Assembly (NCBI GenBank): GCA_016873805.1
Contig: VGVZ01000014.1
Span: forward strand, 8,522 to 72,521
Reading direction: 5' to 3'
From: Ignavibacteria bacterium
GTDB taxonomy: Bacteria > Bacteroidota > Ignavibacteria > UBA10030
DNA length: 64,000 nt
The notes under the pieces are model-generated. The model saw only the letters and a list, made by a program, of their open reading frames with translations. It did no database searches and had not been told where the DNA came from. This document shows positions 43,232-53,424 of this stretch, in pieces. A program made the position numbers and the translations under genes. Numbering within the stretch: the stretch's first letter is position 1; each line of letters starts with the position of its first letter.

Positions 43232-43765
43232 CTATTCTCTCGATAGCGTAACTAAGGGTTCACCTTTTTCAACGGCCGTCCCCGCCTTGACGTGCACTGT
43301 TTGGACCAATCCGCCTTCGGTCGTTCGGATTTCGTTCTCCATTTTCATCGCTTCGAGGACGAGCAGCGGCTGGCCAGCCTTCATGTGGTTACCGATTGAG
43401 ACGTCCACCTTGACAACAAGTCCCGGCATCGGGGCCTTGACAACTATGGTCCCGGTCGCCGACTCGCGTGCTCCCTGGAGAGATTTTTTCAAGAGCGAGG
43501 TCTCGTCATCGACGATCAGCTCATACTCCCGATCGCTGATCGTCACAAAGGTATGTCGATCTGATTCAGGCGCTGCGGCTGCGTCGTTCGATCCGCTCCT
43601 CACGAAGCCCGCGTAGTGTCTTCCATCAACGCGGATCGAAAAATGACCGCCACCGAGCTCCACAAGGTCTACCCGAACGGTCCGGCCGTCGACGACAATC
43701 GTGCCCGCTTCCGATCGGGTGATTTCGTATTTCCGATTCTTCGCAGTGACGAGGAGTGTTCTCAT
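43232..43765 (-). CDS. Biotin carboxyl carrier protein
   Basis: APMPG...EAMKMEN biotinylation motif. Confidence 0.9.
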   Translation of the reverse strand: MRTLLVTAKNRKYEITRSEAGTIVVDGRTVRVDLVELGGGHFSIRVDGRHYAGFVRSGSNDAAAAPESDRHTFVTISDREYELIVDDETSLLKKSLQGARESATGTIVVKAPMPGLVVKVDVSIGNHMKAGQPLLVLEAMKMENEIRTTEGGLVQTVHVKAGTAVEKGEPLVTLSRE

Positions 43766-45282
43766 GATGCACGATACGTTCGAAGACGCTCCTGCTTCCA
43801 TTGACTGTCGCTTCCCGGTCGCTTCGCGGTTGCCGCCAACTGATCTCCGAGGGTACCCGAACCGCGGAGGAGCGCGGCAACAATAGCCGCAGCCTCCTCT
43901 TCATCCGCCGGGCCGCTGGTCAACGACTCTGGACTGAACTGGGTCTGAACGAAATGGGTATCGTAGTTGCCCGATTGAAATTGGGCGTTCTTCAGGACGA
44001 ATGTGCAGAAGGGAATGGTGGTTTTGATCCCAACAACCCGAAATTCCTGTAACGCCCGCAGCATCGTCTGAATCGCGTCGGACCGGGACTGACTCCAGGC
44101 AATCACCTTGGCAAGCATGGGATCGTAGTATACCTGCACTGTATCACCGCGCCGTACACCATTGTCCACGCGAACACAGGGTCCTTCCGGTGGAGCATAG
44201 TGAACGATTCGCCCGGTGCTCGGCAGGAAGTTGTTTTCCGGATCTTCGGCATAGATTCGGCATTCGATCGCATGACCGTCGGGTTGAACCTGCGACTGCG
44301 AGAACGAAAGCGGCTGACCGCTTGCGACTCGGATCTGCTCTTTGACAAGGTCGATCCCTGTGGTCGCCTCGGTTACAGGATGCTCGACCTGCAGTCGGGT
44401 GTTCACCTCAAGGAAGAAGAAGTTTCGGTCAGGATCGACGAGAAACTCCACGGTGCCGGCGTTCCAGTACCCCGCCGACGACGCAAGTCTCACCGCCGAT
44501 TCTCCCATCTGTGCTCTCAATTCCGGCGTCATGATCGGTGACGGCGACTCCTCAATGACCTTCTGGTGCCGCCGCTGAACGGAGCAATCCCTCTCCCCGA
44601 GATAGACGACTGTCCCACTTTGATCACCGATGATTTGGATTTCCACGTGTCGAGGCTGCTGGACGTATTTCTCCAGATAGACGCGGTCGTCACCAAACGC
44701 CCCTTTCGCTTCAGATCTCGCCGCCCGCAACGAACTGGCGAATTCTTCGCGTGACCAGACCACTCTCATCCCTTTGCCGCCCCCTCCTGCTGCAGCTTTG
44801 AGAAGCACGGGATACCCCAGTTCTTCGGCAATCTGGATCGCCGCTGCATCAGACTGGATGGCGTCGGTCGTACCGGCGACTGTCGGAACACCGAGCTTCC
44901 GGGCGAGCGTTCGTGCAGCTGTCTTGTCCCCCAAGAGCCTGATCGCACTCGAGGGGGGTCCGATGAAGGAGAGCCCCGCACGCTCAACTTTTTCGGCAAA
45001 TCCCGGATTTTCGGAGAGGAAGCCGTACCCCGGATGAATGGCATCAACAGCACTTGTCCCGGCAATTTCCAGAATTTTGTCCTGATTGAGGTAACTCTCG
45101 CTTGCTTTGACACCGCCCAACGGATATGCCTCGTCGGCCAGTTGCACGTGAAGCGCCGTTCGATCGACGTCGGAATAGACCGCCACCACAGCTATTCCGA
45201 GTTCGCGGCATGCCCGCATGATTCGCACGGCAATTTCACCGCGATTTGCAACCAGTACTTTTCGGATCGATGACTTCTTCAT
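43762..45282 (-). CDS. accC: Biotin carboxylase (acetyl/propionyl-CoA carboxylase alpha-type)
   Basis: ANRGEIA, HPGYGFLSEN, GGGGKGMR, QRRHQK, EVNTRLQVEHPVTE, YYDPML. Confidence 0.85.
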   Translation of the reverse strand: MKKSSIRKVLVANRGEIAVRIMRACRELGIAVVAVYSDVDRTALHVQLADEAYPLGGVKASESYLNQDKILEIAGTSAVDAIHPGYGFLSENPGFAEKVERAGLSFIGPPSSAIRLLGDKTAARTLARKLGVPTVAGTTDAIQSDAAAIQIAEELGYPVLLKAAAGGGGKGMRVVWSREEFASSLRAARSEAKGAFGDDRVYLEKYVQQPRHVEIQIIGDQSGTVVYLGERDCSVQRRHQKVIEESPSPIMTPELRAQMGESAVRLASSAGYWNAGTVEFLVDPDRNFFFLEVNTRLQVEHPVTEATTGIDLVKEQIRVASGQPLSFSQSQVQPDGHAIECRIYAEDPENNFLPSTGRIVHYAPPEGPCVRVDNGVRRGDTVQVYYDPMLAKVIAWSQSRSDAIQTMLRALQEFRVVGIKTTIPFCTFVLKNAQFQSGNYDTHFVQTQFSPESLTSGPADEEEAAAIVAALLRGSGTLGDQLAATAKRPGSDSQWKQERLRTYRAS

Positions 45283-45290
45283 TCACATGC

Positions 45291-47636
45291 CTATTTGTCG
45301 TGAAGTTCTACCACAGTCACACCGCTCCCTCCTTCGTTCCATTCCCCCAGCCGGAACGATCGGACGTATCGATACTGTTGCAGCAGTTCCGCGATTCTCT
45401 TGCGCAGAGTCCCCGTCCCCTTTCCATGGATGATGCTCACCTTCCTCAATCCCGAGACATAGGCGTCGTCGATAAAATGTTCGACTTTCTGGACTGCCTC
45501 GTCTCCTGTCATCCCTCGCAAGTCGATTTCGGACTGAGCCTGAAGGGGTAGGTCGAACACCGATCGCCGGTCTGTCTCTGCTTTTTTCTTGTCGGTTTTC
45601 TGAAGCGTTGATACTCGAACCCGGAGGATCCCGTGGCGCCAGAGGACAGTCGCATGGTTTCCCTTGATTTCTGAAATTTCCCCCACTTCCGTAGAGCCGG
45701 GCATCAGCACGAAATCTCCCACCTGCAGAGCCGCGTCCGATCTGGGGGCCATTTGCTCCTGTTCGGTCTGCAACTGCTCGCGTGTCTGTTGAATTGCCGC
45801 TTTGGCCTGTTTGATAGAGATTGAGGTGGCCCGCTGTTCCTTGATTTCCTTCACAACCTTCTCGACGGTGACTTGCGCGCGGGCGACAATATCCTCTGCC
45901 TTCCTCATTGCTTCCCGCTGAATCTCCTTCGTCTCCTTCCGCACCTCGTCCATCTTCTTCTGATATTCCTGCAGCAGCGCCGTGGTTTGCGATCGTTCTT
46001 TGGCCAGGGCGCTCAACTGCTGATCATACTTCTGCGACCGCCTCGCGAGATCGAGGAGGAGTTCTTCGAGATTGACTTTTTCGGCCCCAAGATAACTTTT
46101 GGCTCGATGAACGGTTTGTGACGGCAATCCCATCCTCTCCGCAAGTTCGATGGCATAACTGCTTCCGGGTATTCCCGCGACAAATCGATACGTCGGCCGC
46201 AAATGCTGCTGATCGAATTCCATCGAGCCGTTCATCATCCCCTCTGCCTGGTGGACAAACGCTTTGAGCATGCCGAGATGCGTTGTCGAGACTGTGATGG
46301 AACCCCGCTGTCCGAGTTCTGTGAGGATGGAGATCGCCAGCGCTCCCCCCTCCTCAGGATCCGTCCCCGCTCCGATCTCATCCATAAGCACAAGGGATTT
46401 TCCTGAGGCGTTTTGGACGATATCGCGAAGGTTGACCAGGTGAGAGCTATACGTGCTGAGATCGTGTTCAATAGACTGATCGTCTCCGATATCGACGAAG
46501 ATGTCGTCGAAGATGCAGAATTCGCTTGCGTCGCTCGCGGAAATATGGATGCCGGCCTGGACACAGAGTGCGAGGAGTCCGATGGTCTTGAGGGCGACAC
46601 TTTTCCCGCCGGCGTTCGGCCCGGTGATAACCAGCGATCGGACATTGCCTCCGAGCGAAACGTTGAGCGGAACGACCTCATCACGCCGGTGACGCATGAG
46701 AAGACCGGGGTGACGCGCATCGACGAGTTGAAGACGCACATCGTTGACAACCACCGGTGCACAGCCGATCAACTCGACTGAATACTTCGCCCTCGCAAAG
46801 ATCACGTCGAGGTCCGAGAGAGCGCCAAGCGCCACCTGGAGGGGAGGTCCGATTTCCCTCACCTGCTCGGTGAGCTCACGCAAGATGCGATCGATTTCCC
46901 GCTGTTCCTCGATGTGGAGTTCCCGGAGGCGATTGTTGAGCTCGAGCGTTTCCGCAGGTTCAATAAACGTCGTCGCTCCGCTTGCTGACGTCGAGTGAAT
47001 GAATCCCGGAACATTCCTCTTGAATTCGGTTTTCACCGGGATGACCATTCTGCCGTCTCGCGTCGTAACGATCTCCTCCTGCAAAAACTCCATCTCCGAA
47101 ACACGTTTCAGTATGGCGGCAAGACGATCTCTCAGTTGAGAGCTGACGTCGACGATTTCTCTGCGGATCGTTCTCAGCTGCTTGCTCGCGGAGTCCCGGA
47201 CCCGCGCGTGCTCGTCGATGGCCTGACTGATATTGTACTCGATCACCTTGTCCACGAGGAGGCTATTCTGAAGATCCTGGAGAGACGTGCGCTCCGGCCG
47301 TTTCTTTCCCAGGTACGTCTTCATCAGCCGGCTCGCCTGTAACGTCGAGCAGATATTGAGAAGCTCCTCTGCGGAAAGCACGGCGTTGGCGATAGAGGTT
47401 TTCTTCAACTGAGGAGTGATATTCTTCACCCCATCGAGCGGGACGCCCCCCTCCTGGATCAAGAGTTCCTTCGCGTCGGTGACTTTTTGAAGTTCTGCGA
47501 CGACGTCGTCGGGTGATCCCTTGGGGAAGAGTTGGTGGGCGCGTTCACGTCCCGGATCCGAACTGGCGAGCTGCGAAATCCGGTGAAGAATGCGGTCGAA
47601 TTCGAGTTTCTTTATTGCGGATTGAAACGGAGGCAT
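45291..47636 (-). CDS. mutS2: Endonuclease MutS2
   Basis: ITGPNAGGKS, DIGDDQSI, DEIGAGTDP, C-terminal Smr domain (IDLRG...IIHGKGTG). Confidence 0.94.
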   Translation of the reverse strand: MPPFQSAIKKLEFDRILHRISQLASSDPGRERAHQLFPKGSPDDVVAELQKVTDAKELLIQEGGVPLDGVKNITPQLKKTSIANAVLSAEELLNICSTLQASRLMKTYLGKKRPERTSLQDLQNSLLVDKVIEYNISQAIDEHARVRDSASKQLRTIRREIVDVSSQLRDRLAAILKRVSEMEFLQEEIVTTRDGRMVIPVKTEFKRNVPGFIHSTSASGATTFIEPAETLELNNRLRELHIEEQREIDRILRELTEQVREIGPPLQVALGALSDLDVIFARAKYSVELIGCAPVVVNDVRLQLVDARHPGLLMRHRRDEVVPLNVSLGGNVRSLVITGPNAGGKSVALKTIGLLALCVQAGIHISASDASEFCIFDDIFVDIGDDQSIEHDLSTYSSHLVNLRDIVQNASGKSLVLMDEIGAGTDPEEGGALAISILTELGQRGSITVSTTHLGMLKAFVHQAEGMMNGSMEFDQQHLRPTYRFVAGIPGSSYAIELAERMGLPSQTVHRAKSYLGAEKVNLEELLLDLARRSQKYDQQLSALAKERSQTTALLQEYQKKMDEVRKETKEIQREAMRKAEDIVARAQVTVEKVVKEIKEQRATSISIKQAKAAIQQTREQLQTEQEQMAPRSDAALQVGDFVLMPGSTEVGEISEIKGNHATVLWRHGILRVRVSTLQKTDKKKAETDRRSVFDLPLQAQSEIDLRGMTGDEAVQKVEHFIDDAYVSGLRKVSIIHGKGTGTLRKRIAELLQQYRYVRSFRLGEWNEGGSGVTVVELHDK

Positions 47637-47717
47637 TATCGTCTCTTCACCGGCACCGGCGGGATTCCTGATCGCGATTCACACACACGGGCATGACGGG
47701 CAACAAGAACGTCAGCG

Positions 47718-48236
47718 CTACGGTTTCGGTGCCTGAGGTTTCGTCATTTCATCGATGCGTTCACGCGCCTCGGGACCCATCGTGGAGAGAAAGTCCATGA
47801 TTTGTGGGGCGATGTTCACAATCGGTTTGTAGAGTCGCGAATCCGTTTTCGTCTGGCGTGACGGAAATTCGGCCGTGGTGAAGACCATCAGCAGAACGCT
47901 CACGATGAGCATCCCCTGGAAGAGACCCAGCACGCTTCCGAGAATACGATCCGCGATCCCACCGATTTTGAAGTTGCGCGTCAGGAGGCGGTACAGGAGA
48001 GACTGGATGAAGATGATTCCGAAGAAGACGGCCAGAAAGCCGATGCTGGGAATCACACTGAGCTCCATGCTCAGAAGTCCTGCCAGGAAGTTTCCCACGT
48101 CGCTGCGAAATTCTTGGGCGACGTACATGGCGACGACAGCCGTGACAATACCGACAATCTTTCGCACCATCCCATCGCGAAACCCAAGCAACGCCAGGAG
48201 AATGAGAGGAGCGACGAGAACAAGGTCAAGTCCCAT
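47718..48236 (-). CDS. CvpA (colicin V production) family membrane protein
   Basis: GFRDG, DRILGSVLG, SRLY; four TM helices. Confidence 0.8.
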   Translation of the reverse strand: MGLDLVLVAPLILLALLGFRDGMVRKIVGIVTAVVAMYVAQEFRSDVGNFLAGLLSMELSVIPSIGFLAVFFGIIFIQSLLYRLLTRNFKIGGIADRILGSVLGLFQGMLIVSVLLMVFTTAEFPSRQTKTDSRLYKPIVNIAPQIMDFLSTMGPEARERIDEMTKPQAPKP

Positions 48237-48238
48237 TG

Positions 48239-48688
48239 CTATCCACCGAGGTGTTTTCGAACCAGATCTTGAACAACTTTGCCGTCGATCTTTCCCTTCA
48301 GTTCTTTCATGGCGGCGCTCATCACTTTGCCAAAATCCATTGACGATGAAGCTCCGGTCTGCGTAATGACGGTTCTGATGACGGCTTCTGCTTCTTCCGC
48401 ATTGAGCTGTGGGGGAAGATACGCAGAAATGATTTCGATTTCCTGTTTCTCTTTGGCGGCAAGATCGGCGCGTCCCCCCTTTTCAAACATCTCGATCGCC
48501 TCTTTTCGCTTCTTGATCGCGGTCATAAGGACGGCGATTTCCTCGTCAGGCGTTATTCCCTTGTCGGACCCCCGTTTCGCGAGTTCAAGGAACTGGGCTC
48601 TCAAGGTCCGTAAAGTCTCCAGTCGAAGGGTTTGTCTCCCCTTCATCGCCGCCTTGAGATCTTCTTGAATGCTGGTCTGAATGCTCAT
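48239..48688 (-). CDS. GatB/YqeY domain protein
   Basis: DLKAAMK, KKRKEAIEMFEKGGRADLA, YLPPQL, DFGKVM, GKIDGK. Confidence 0.9.
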   Translation of the reverse strand: MSIQTSIQEDLKAAMKGRQTLRLETLRTLRAQFLELAKRGSDKGITPDEEIAVLMTAIKKRKEAIEMFEKGGRADLAAKEKQEIEIISAYLPPQLNAEEAEAVIRTVITQTGASSSMDFGKVMSAAMKELKGKIDGKVVQDLVRKHLGG

Positions 48689-48779
48689 CGCGTTCTGTCT
48701 TTCAAAACGGAACGAGGCAAGCAGGAGTGTGCTTGCCTCGTCGTGCGTCAATCCGAATTCATTGATGCCGAACAGACAA

Positions 48780-49193
48780 CTACAACTTCATCAGCGTGGA
48801 ATAGTTGATCCGCAACGCATCACCTTTTCGGAGCTGCTGCTGGATGTCGGTCACGATTCCCATCTTCGAACCCTCGTCGATTCTGAGGGACATGATTACG
48901 TTGGGAATCACCTGCCGCTTCCGAGCCGCCAAGTTTTGAATCTCCGGGATAAGCACGAGATTGTCATCAACCTGCACCCGACCGTCGCGTCCGACCCAGA
49001 TGTAGCTCACGATCCGTTTGTTGTCGATCTTTTCGATCTGTTTGGCTGCCGGGAGCGTAAATTGAACCTTGACGTCAAATTCCCGCAGTACCGTCGAGAC
49101 CATGAAGAAGATCAACAGCATGAAGATGATGTCCGGAAGCGACGCGGTTGGGACCGACTGCTTCGTTGAAGCTTGTTTTTTCTTGAATTTCAT
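48780..49193 (-). CDS. exbD: Biopolymer transport protein ExbD
   Basis: TASLPDIIFMLLIFFMV. Confidence 0.88.
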   Translation of the reverse strand: MKFKKKQASTKQSVPTASLPDIIFMLLIFFMVSTVLREFDVKVQFTLPAAKQIEKIDNKRIVSYIWVGRDGRVQVDDNLVLIPEIQNLAARKRQVIPNVIMSLRIDEGSKMGIVTDIQQQLRKGDALRINYSTLMKL

Positions 49194-49202
49194 GTCACTG
49201 TC

Positions 49203-49709
49203 CTAACGAGTTCGTTCAGGTTCAGCGATCGAGATACTTTGCTTCACAGCCTCTCGAACCTCATCCATTTGCGCCTTGGTCAGGTTCCTCAAAGGCAGGT
49301 TGAACGTCTCCATCGCATATTCTTCCCGAAGGATATTGTACGCCTGTTTGATTTCATCGAGCGCGGCAATGTATACACGATATGGTGTCTCACGGTCCAC
49401 CTTGATCGAGACGATCAGCTTCTTGTTCAGGCGGAGCTTGTTCGCCACGATCTCATGGATCTGTTGGACCGATGTCACCTCGTCATCGAGAAGGACGTCA
49501 CCGGCGGCGTTCACGAGAACGCGGATAAGGCTCTGGGTCTTGACCTTCACAATTTCCGTGTCTTCAACCGGCGGCGGAAGCACAAGGCCGATACCGGTAT
49601 CGACATCGATGGTGGTCGTCACCAGGAAGAAAAGGAGCAGAAGAAATGAGATATCGGCCATCGAACTCGTTGGGATCTCAACATCCCTGCTGGCTCGCTT
49701 GCGAATCAT
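49203..49709 (-). CDS. exbD: Biopolymer transport protein ExbD
   Basis: SSMADISFLLLLFFLVTT. Confidence 0.88.
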   Translation of the reverse strand: MIRKRASRDVEIPTSSMADISFLLLLFFLVTTTIDVDTGIGLVLPPPVEDTEIVKVKTQSLIRVLVNAAGDVLLDDEVTSVQQIHEIVANKLRLNKKLIVSIKVDRETPYRVYIAALDEIKQAYNILREEYAMETFNLPLRNLTKAQMDEVREAVKQSISIAEPERTR

Positions 49710-49742
49710 ACGTTTGACACCTTTCTCTCGGCGTGCGCCGCG

Positions 49743-50453
49743 TTACTTCTTGTCCGTTGGCTTGGTGGTTTTCTTGCCGGCCTTAATAAGAACGAGGGCG
49801 TCGATCAATTCGATCGAACTTTCTTCCATGTCAATCACGAGCCGGTCGATGCGCGAAACGAAGTAGTTGTAGAGCACCTGAAGAAGAATTGCGCACACGA
49901 GACCAAAGAGCGTTGTCAACAGAGCGATCGAAATTCCACCGGCAACGATTTCCGGAGAGATGTTCTTCGCCTCTTTGATTGCGTCGAAGGCCTCGATCAT
50001 TCCCTGCACGGTTCCCGTAAACCCGAGCAACGGCGCGATAGAAATCGCCAGCGAAATCCAGACGAGTCCTCGCTCCAAGAAAGCCATTTCGATTGCGCCG
50101 AAACTGATAATCGCCTTCTCGGCTGCATCGATACCTTCATCCGCGCGCATCAGCCCCGCCTGGAACACGCTCGCAATCGATCCGCGGCTGTTCGCACAGA
50201 CATCAAGCGCGGCAGGAACCCCACCTTCATCCAACGCCTTCTTGACCGATACCAAAAACTTTCGTGTGTTGACGGACGCCCGATTAAGCGTCCACAATCG
50301 CTCGATGGAGAACGCAAGACCAAAAATCAACGTCGCAAGAATGGGGTGCATGAACGCGCCGCCATCGACATACTTTTCCTGAAGCCAGTTGAGAATCCCT
50401 TCGTTCCCTGCCACGGCTTGTTGAAAGAAGGTGATGAAACCTGCCAAGTCCAT
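49743..50453 (-). CDS. exbB: MotA/TolQ/ExbB proton channel
   Basis: APLLGFTGTVQGMI, AGGISIALLTTLFGL. Confidence 0.88.
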   Translation of the reverse strand: MDLAGFITFFQQAVAGNEGILNWLQEKYVDGGAFMHPILATLIFGLAFSIERLWTLNRASVNTRKFLVSVKKALDEGGVPAALDVCANSRGSIASVFQAGLMRADEGIDAAEKAIISFGAIEMAFLERGLVWISLAISIAPLLGFTGTVQGMIEAFDAIKEAKNISPEIVAGGISIALLTTLFGLVCAILLQVLYNYFVSRIDRLVIDMEESSIELIDALVLIKAGKKTTKPTDKK

Positions 50454-50513
50454 TAAGATTTCCTCCTGACAAAGATGTAATGAATTCGGACGCCGTCCTG
50501 AATAAGGCGAACT

Positions 50514-50542
50514 AGTATATCAAAAGAAGGCCTTAAAGTCAA
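50514..50542 (-). promoter_or_regulatory. Sigma70-like promoter for exbB-exbD-exbD
   Basis: Minus strand TTGACT-N17-TATACT about 60 nt upstream of exbB. Confidence 0.6.
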
Positions 50543-50638
50543 TCCAATTTTCGAGCTTTGGCCCATCCCCCCTCCCCGCACACCGCACCCCACCGGTCTC
50601 GCTGCCGTCTATCTCGCGGTCCTTCAGGCGCACTTCCG

Positions 50639-52906
50639 CTAGTTAAAGACTGCGATCGGCAGATGGGTGCGAACGATAATGTTCCGACCGGGATTTGAGA
50701 CACCAAACGGCTTCAAGCGGCTCAGATGATCGGTGTACCGTACATCCAAGGCGTTCTCGACCGCAAGAGATACCGCAAGGACCGAAGAACCCAGCGTGAA
50801 CTGGGCCCCCGCGTGCACCCCGAGAAGGAAATATCCCTCGCTTGGGCTTTCTCCTTCGGCGACCCTGCTCTGGGGAAACGCCCTGGTCAGCTGGAATCCC
50901 ACATAGGGGCGACCGAACACCCCCATCGAGTCCCCCAATCCTGTGAGGCCAAGTCTGATCGAGGCCGGGGGAATGAACGGGAGAGAATGTGAACGATCGA
51001 GATTCTTTCCGATCGTGATATCACCTGTGAGGTCGCCTCGTAGCCACGGCAGGATTTCCGATTCCAATGAGACCTCGAGGCCGTGAATCTGAGCCCGTTG
51101 CGCCGATCGGTACTCCTTGATCGGATACCCCGTTTCGGCATCGAGCACGCCGGTGGGCGACGGATACATGTAGTCGAAAATCAGGTTTACGTATCCGGTG
51201 ATCTCAGCTTTGGTTTTGGCGGACGAATAGCGGAGGGAGATATCATGACTCGTCGAAAGTTCCGGCTGGAGATCCTCCTTGCCGACATAGTACGTCGATG
51301 TTCCGTGATGCACCCCATCGGCATAGAGTTCGAATGGGATGGGAGCTCGCCAGCCGCGTGCGACACCGAACACCGCGGAAAAATTTGGCTGGACAAGCCA
51401 GGAGAATCCGACGGAGACTGAGAGCGCGCGAAACTTATGTCTGCCGTCGACTCCGGGAAAGGACCCGTTGTCCCGCGCCATCAACCTCCGAAAATCGTAT
51501 CGCAATCCACCCGAAAGCGTGAAGTTGTCAAGCAGCAATTCCTCGAAGACGAAGAGGGCAAGATCGTTCATCTCTGAATTCGGGACGAGCTTGTCCTCCC
51601 CCTTCGATACCACGTCCTGATGGAGATAGGAGAATCCCAGTGTCCCGGTGAATTTCCAGAACGGGCGGTGGTGTCCTTTGAGATCAAACTCATAGGTATT
51701 CGTCCGGAGCTGAATCGCCGGTTCGCCACCATGCGCATGTCCGGACTCTTCTTCTTTTTCAAATTCCTCCCGAATATTTGTCTGGGCGGCAACGTGTCCC
51801 ACAAGCCGCACTCCTTCGAGGATGACGCTGGACTGGATGTTCCACCGCAAATGCTCGATCGCCTGATTCCCCCCACCATGCTCATCATTCGCGTCGGGCG
51901 CGTCGGGTTGGTAGATGTCCAACTCGGACGCGAATCGGTCCAGTGCCCCTTCGACATACCAATTGTCCGCATGATACCCAAGCGCTATCGCTCCGTTGAG
52001 TTCGTGGAAAGATGTTCCCTCTACAAGACCGTCAGCGGATCGATAATTTCCCGCATCTCGCAGTGAGAGATTCGCTTGATATCCAAGCTTCCCTTCTGAT
52101 CCCTTCAATCCTGCACTTCCGCTCCCCTGTCGATTGTTCGAAAAGTAGTTCATAGCAAGACTCGCCTGGAGCGAGCGGGAGCCCTCGGGACTCGCAGGGA
52201 CGTGCGGCGATATCACATTGACCACGCCCCCCAGCGCATCCGAACCATACAAGAGGCTGCCGGGTCCCCGCACAACTTCCACGCGTTCAACGTGGAAGAT
52301 GTCGATTTCGGGAGCATGTTCATCCCCCCATTGCTGGCCTTCTTGTCGGATACCATCCTTCATCACGAGGACGCGCGGACCGGCAAGTCCCCTGATGACC
52401 GGCTTGGCGATCGAGACGCCCGTGCTCAGTCCGTGAACTCCCGGAAGATGGGAGATCGATTCAGTAAGAGTCTGCGATCGTTTCTTCAGCAATTCTGTCT
52501 CGTCGAGAACCGAGGTCGATTGGGTCGAAAGGAGCAGCTCCCGTGCCTGAGGTCTGGATGTGACCGTGACGGTTGGAAACGACAGAACGCTGGAATAGAG
52601 CCGGACAGAGATGTCGACGTCCCGATCGTCGAGAATGACCGTCCGGCTTTCCGGCGCGTATCCAAGAAAACTGAATGTGATGGTGTACGCTCCCTCATGC
52701 AGCCGATCAATGATGAACTTCCCATCGATATCGGTGGAGGTTCCGCGTTTCAGCGATGGGATCAGAATATTGACTCCCGGGAGCGGCTCTCCCGTCGAAC
52801 CATCGGTCACCGTGCCGGTGATCCTACCGATGAAGAACGGAGGCCCCTCAGCCCGCGCGTACCAGGCCAGGACTACAAGCAGAACAAGGAGTGAGATTTT
52901 TTGCAT
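50639..52906 (-). CDS. TonB-dependent receptor, probably for metal uptake
   Basis: Signal peptide, CarboxypepD_reg-like N-domain, plug (KPVIRGL, EVVRGPGSLLYGSDALGGVVN), His-rich loops, C-terminal PGRN. Confidence 0.9.
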   Translation of the reverse strand: MQKISLLVLLVVLAWYARAEGPPFFIGRITGTVTDGSTGEPLPGVNILIPSLKRGTSTDIDGKFIIDRLHEGAYTITFSFLGYAPESRTVILDDRDVDISVRLYSSVLSFPTVTVTSRPQARELLLSTQSTSVLDETELLKKRSQTLTESISHLPGVHGLSTGVSIAKPVIRGLAGPRVLVMKDGIRQEGQQWGDEHAPEIDIFHVERVEVVRGPGSLLYGSDALGGVVNVISPHVPASPEGSRSLQASLAMNYFSNNRQGSGSAGLKGSEGKLGYQANLSLRDAGNYRSADGLVEGTSFHELNGAIALGYHADNWYVEGALDRFASELDIYQPDAPDANDEHGGGNQAIEHLRWNIQSSVILEGVRLVGHVAAQTNIREEFEKEEESGHAHGGEPAIQLRTNTYEFDLKGHHRPFWKFTGTLGFSYLHQDVVSKGEDKLVPNSEMNDLALFVFEELLLDNFTLSGGLRYDFRRLMARDNGSFPGVDGRHKFRALSVSVGFSWLVQPNFSAVFGVARGWRAPIPFELYADGVHHGTSTYYVGKEDLQPELSTSHDISLRYSSAKTKAEITGYVNLIFDYMYPSPTGVLDAETGYPIKEYRSAQRAQIHGLEVSLESEILPWLRGDLTGDITIGKNLDRSHSLPFIPPASIRLGLTGLGDSMGVFGRPYVGFQLTRAFPQSRVAEGESPSEGYFLLGVHAGAQFTLGSSVLAVSLAVENALDVRYTDHLSRLKPFGVSNPGRNIIVRTHLPIAVFN

Positions 52907-52975
52907 GCCGATTCCTTCGGTTTACTGATCATGGGCGCGATGCGAAGCGGTCGCGCAAGAACTCGTGATGCAGGA

Positions 52976-53326
52976 TCAGGACGAAAGAACGGGGGGACCG
53001 CGGGGATAGATGAGATTAGTGTCGGTGACACGTGGTTTCCCGACGGAGGGATGCCGGACAATTGATACAAGTTCACTGGGCCGCTGCGGTTCAAGAAGGA
53101 CGACGGCCTCCCCGGTGCCTGCAAGCCGTGAGCACGCCAGACAGTGACCGCTCCCCATGAGCGGACGGTGGAATTCCACGTTGCCGCAATCGTGGCTATG
53201 AAGGGCATCGGCGCTGGACCACGCACTGTGGAGAATCGCATGGTCAAGCGTGAAATCGGGCTGTGCCGATTGGACTATCGCAAAAAAAAGGATAAGATAA
53301 AGGTGTGTCAGTCGTGAGAAACGCAT
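52976..53326 (-). CDS. DUF2946/CruR-like leader protein (His-rich, CxxC, C-terminal RGPP)
   Basis: N-terminal hydrophobic segment, HSHDC, HCLAC, ends YPRGPPVLSS; directly upstream of the TonB-dependent receptor. Confidence 0.65.
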   Translation of the reverse strand: MRFSRLTHLYLILFFAIVQSAQPDFTLDHAILHSAWSSADALHSHDCGNVEFHRPLMGSGHCLACSRLAGTGEAVVLLEPQRPSELVSIVRHPSVGKPRVTDTNLIYPRGPPVLSS

Positions 53327-53424
53327 GCCTAAAAATATGGAATTGGAACGATAGTCACAATCGCGTTTGTTTGACCGTTAGCCGTGCCGAAACATTTCAA
53401 CTTATTATTCCTTCAGGAGGTTCC

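Noticed and set aside
50561-50596. G-rich minus-strand tract upstream of the exbB promoter (possible G-quadruplex)
   Set aside because: It needs one long loop, occurs once, and has no supporting evidence.
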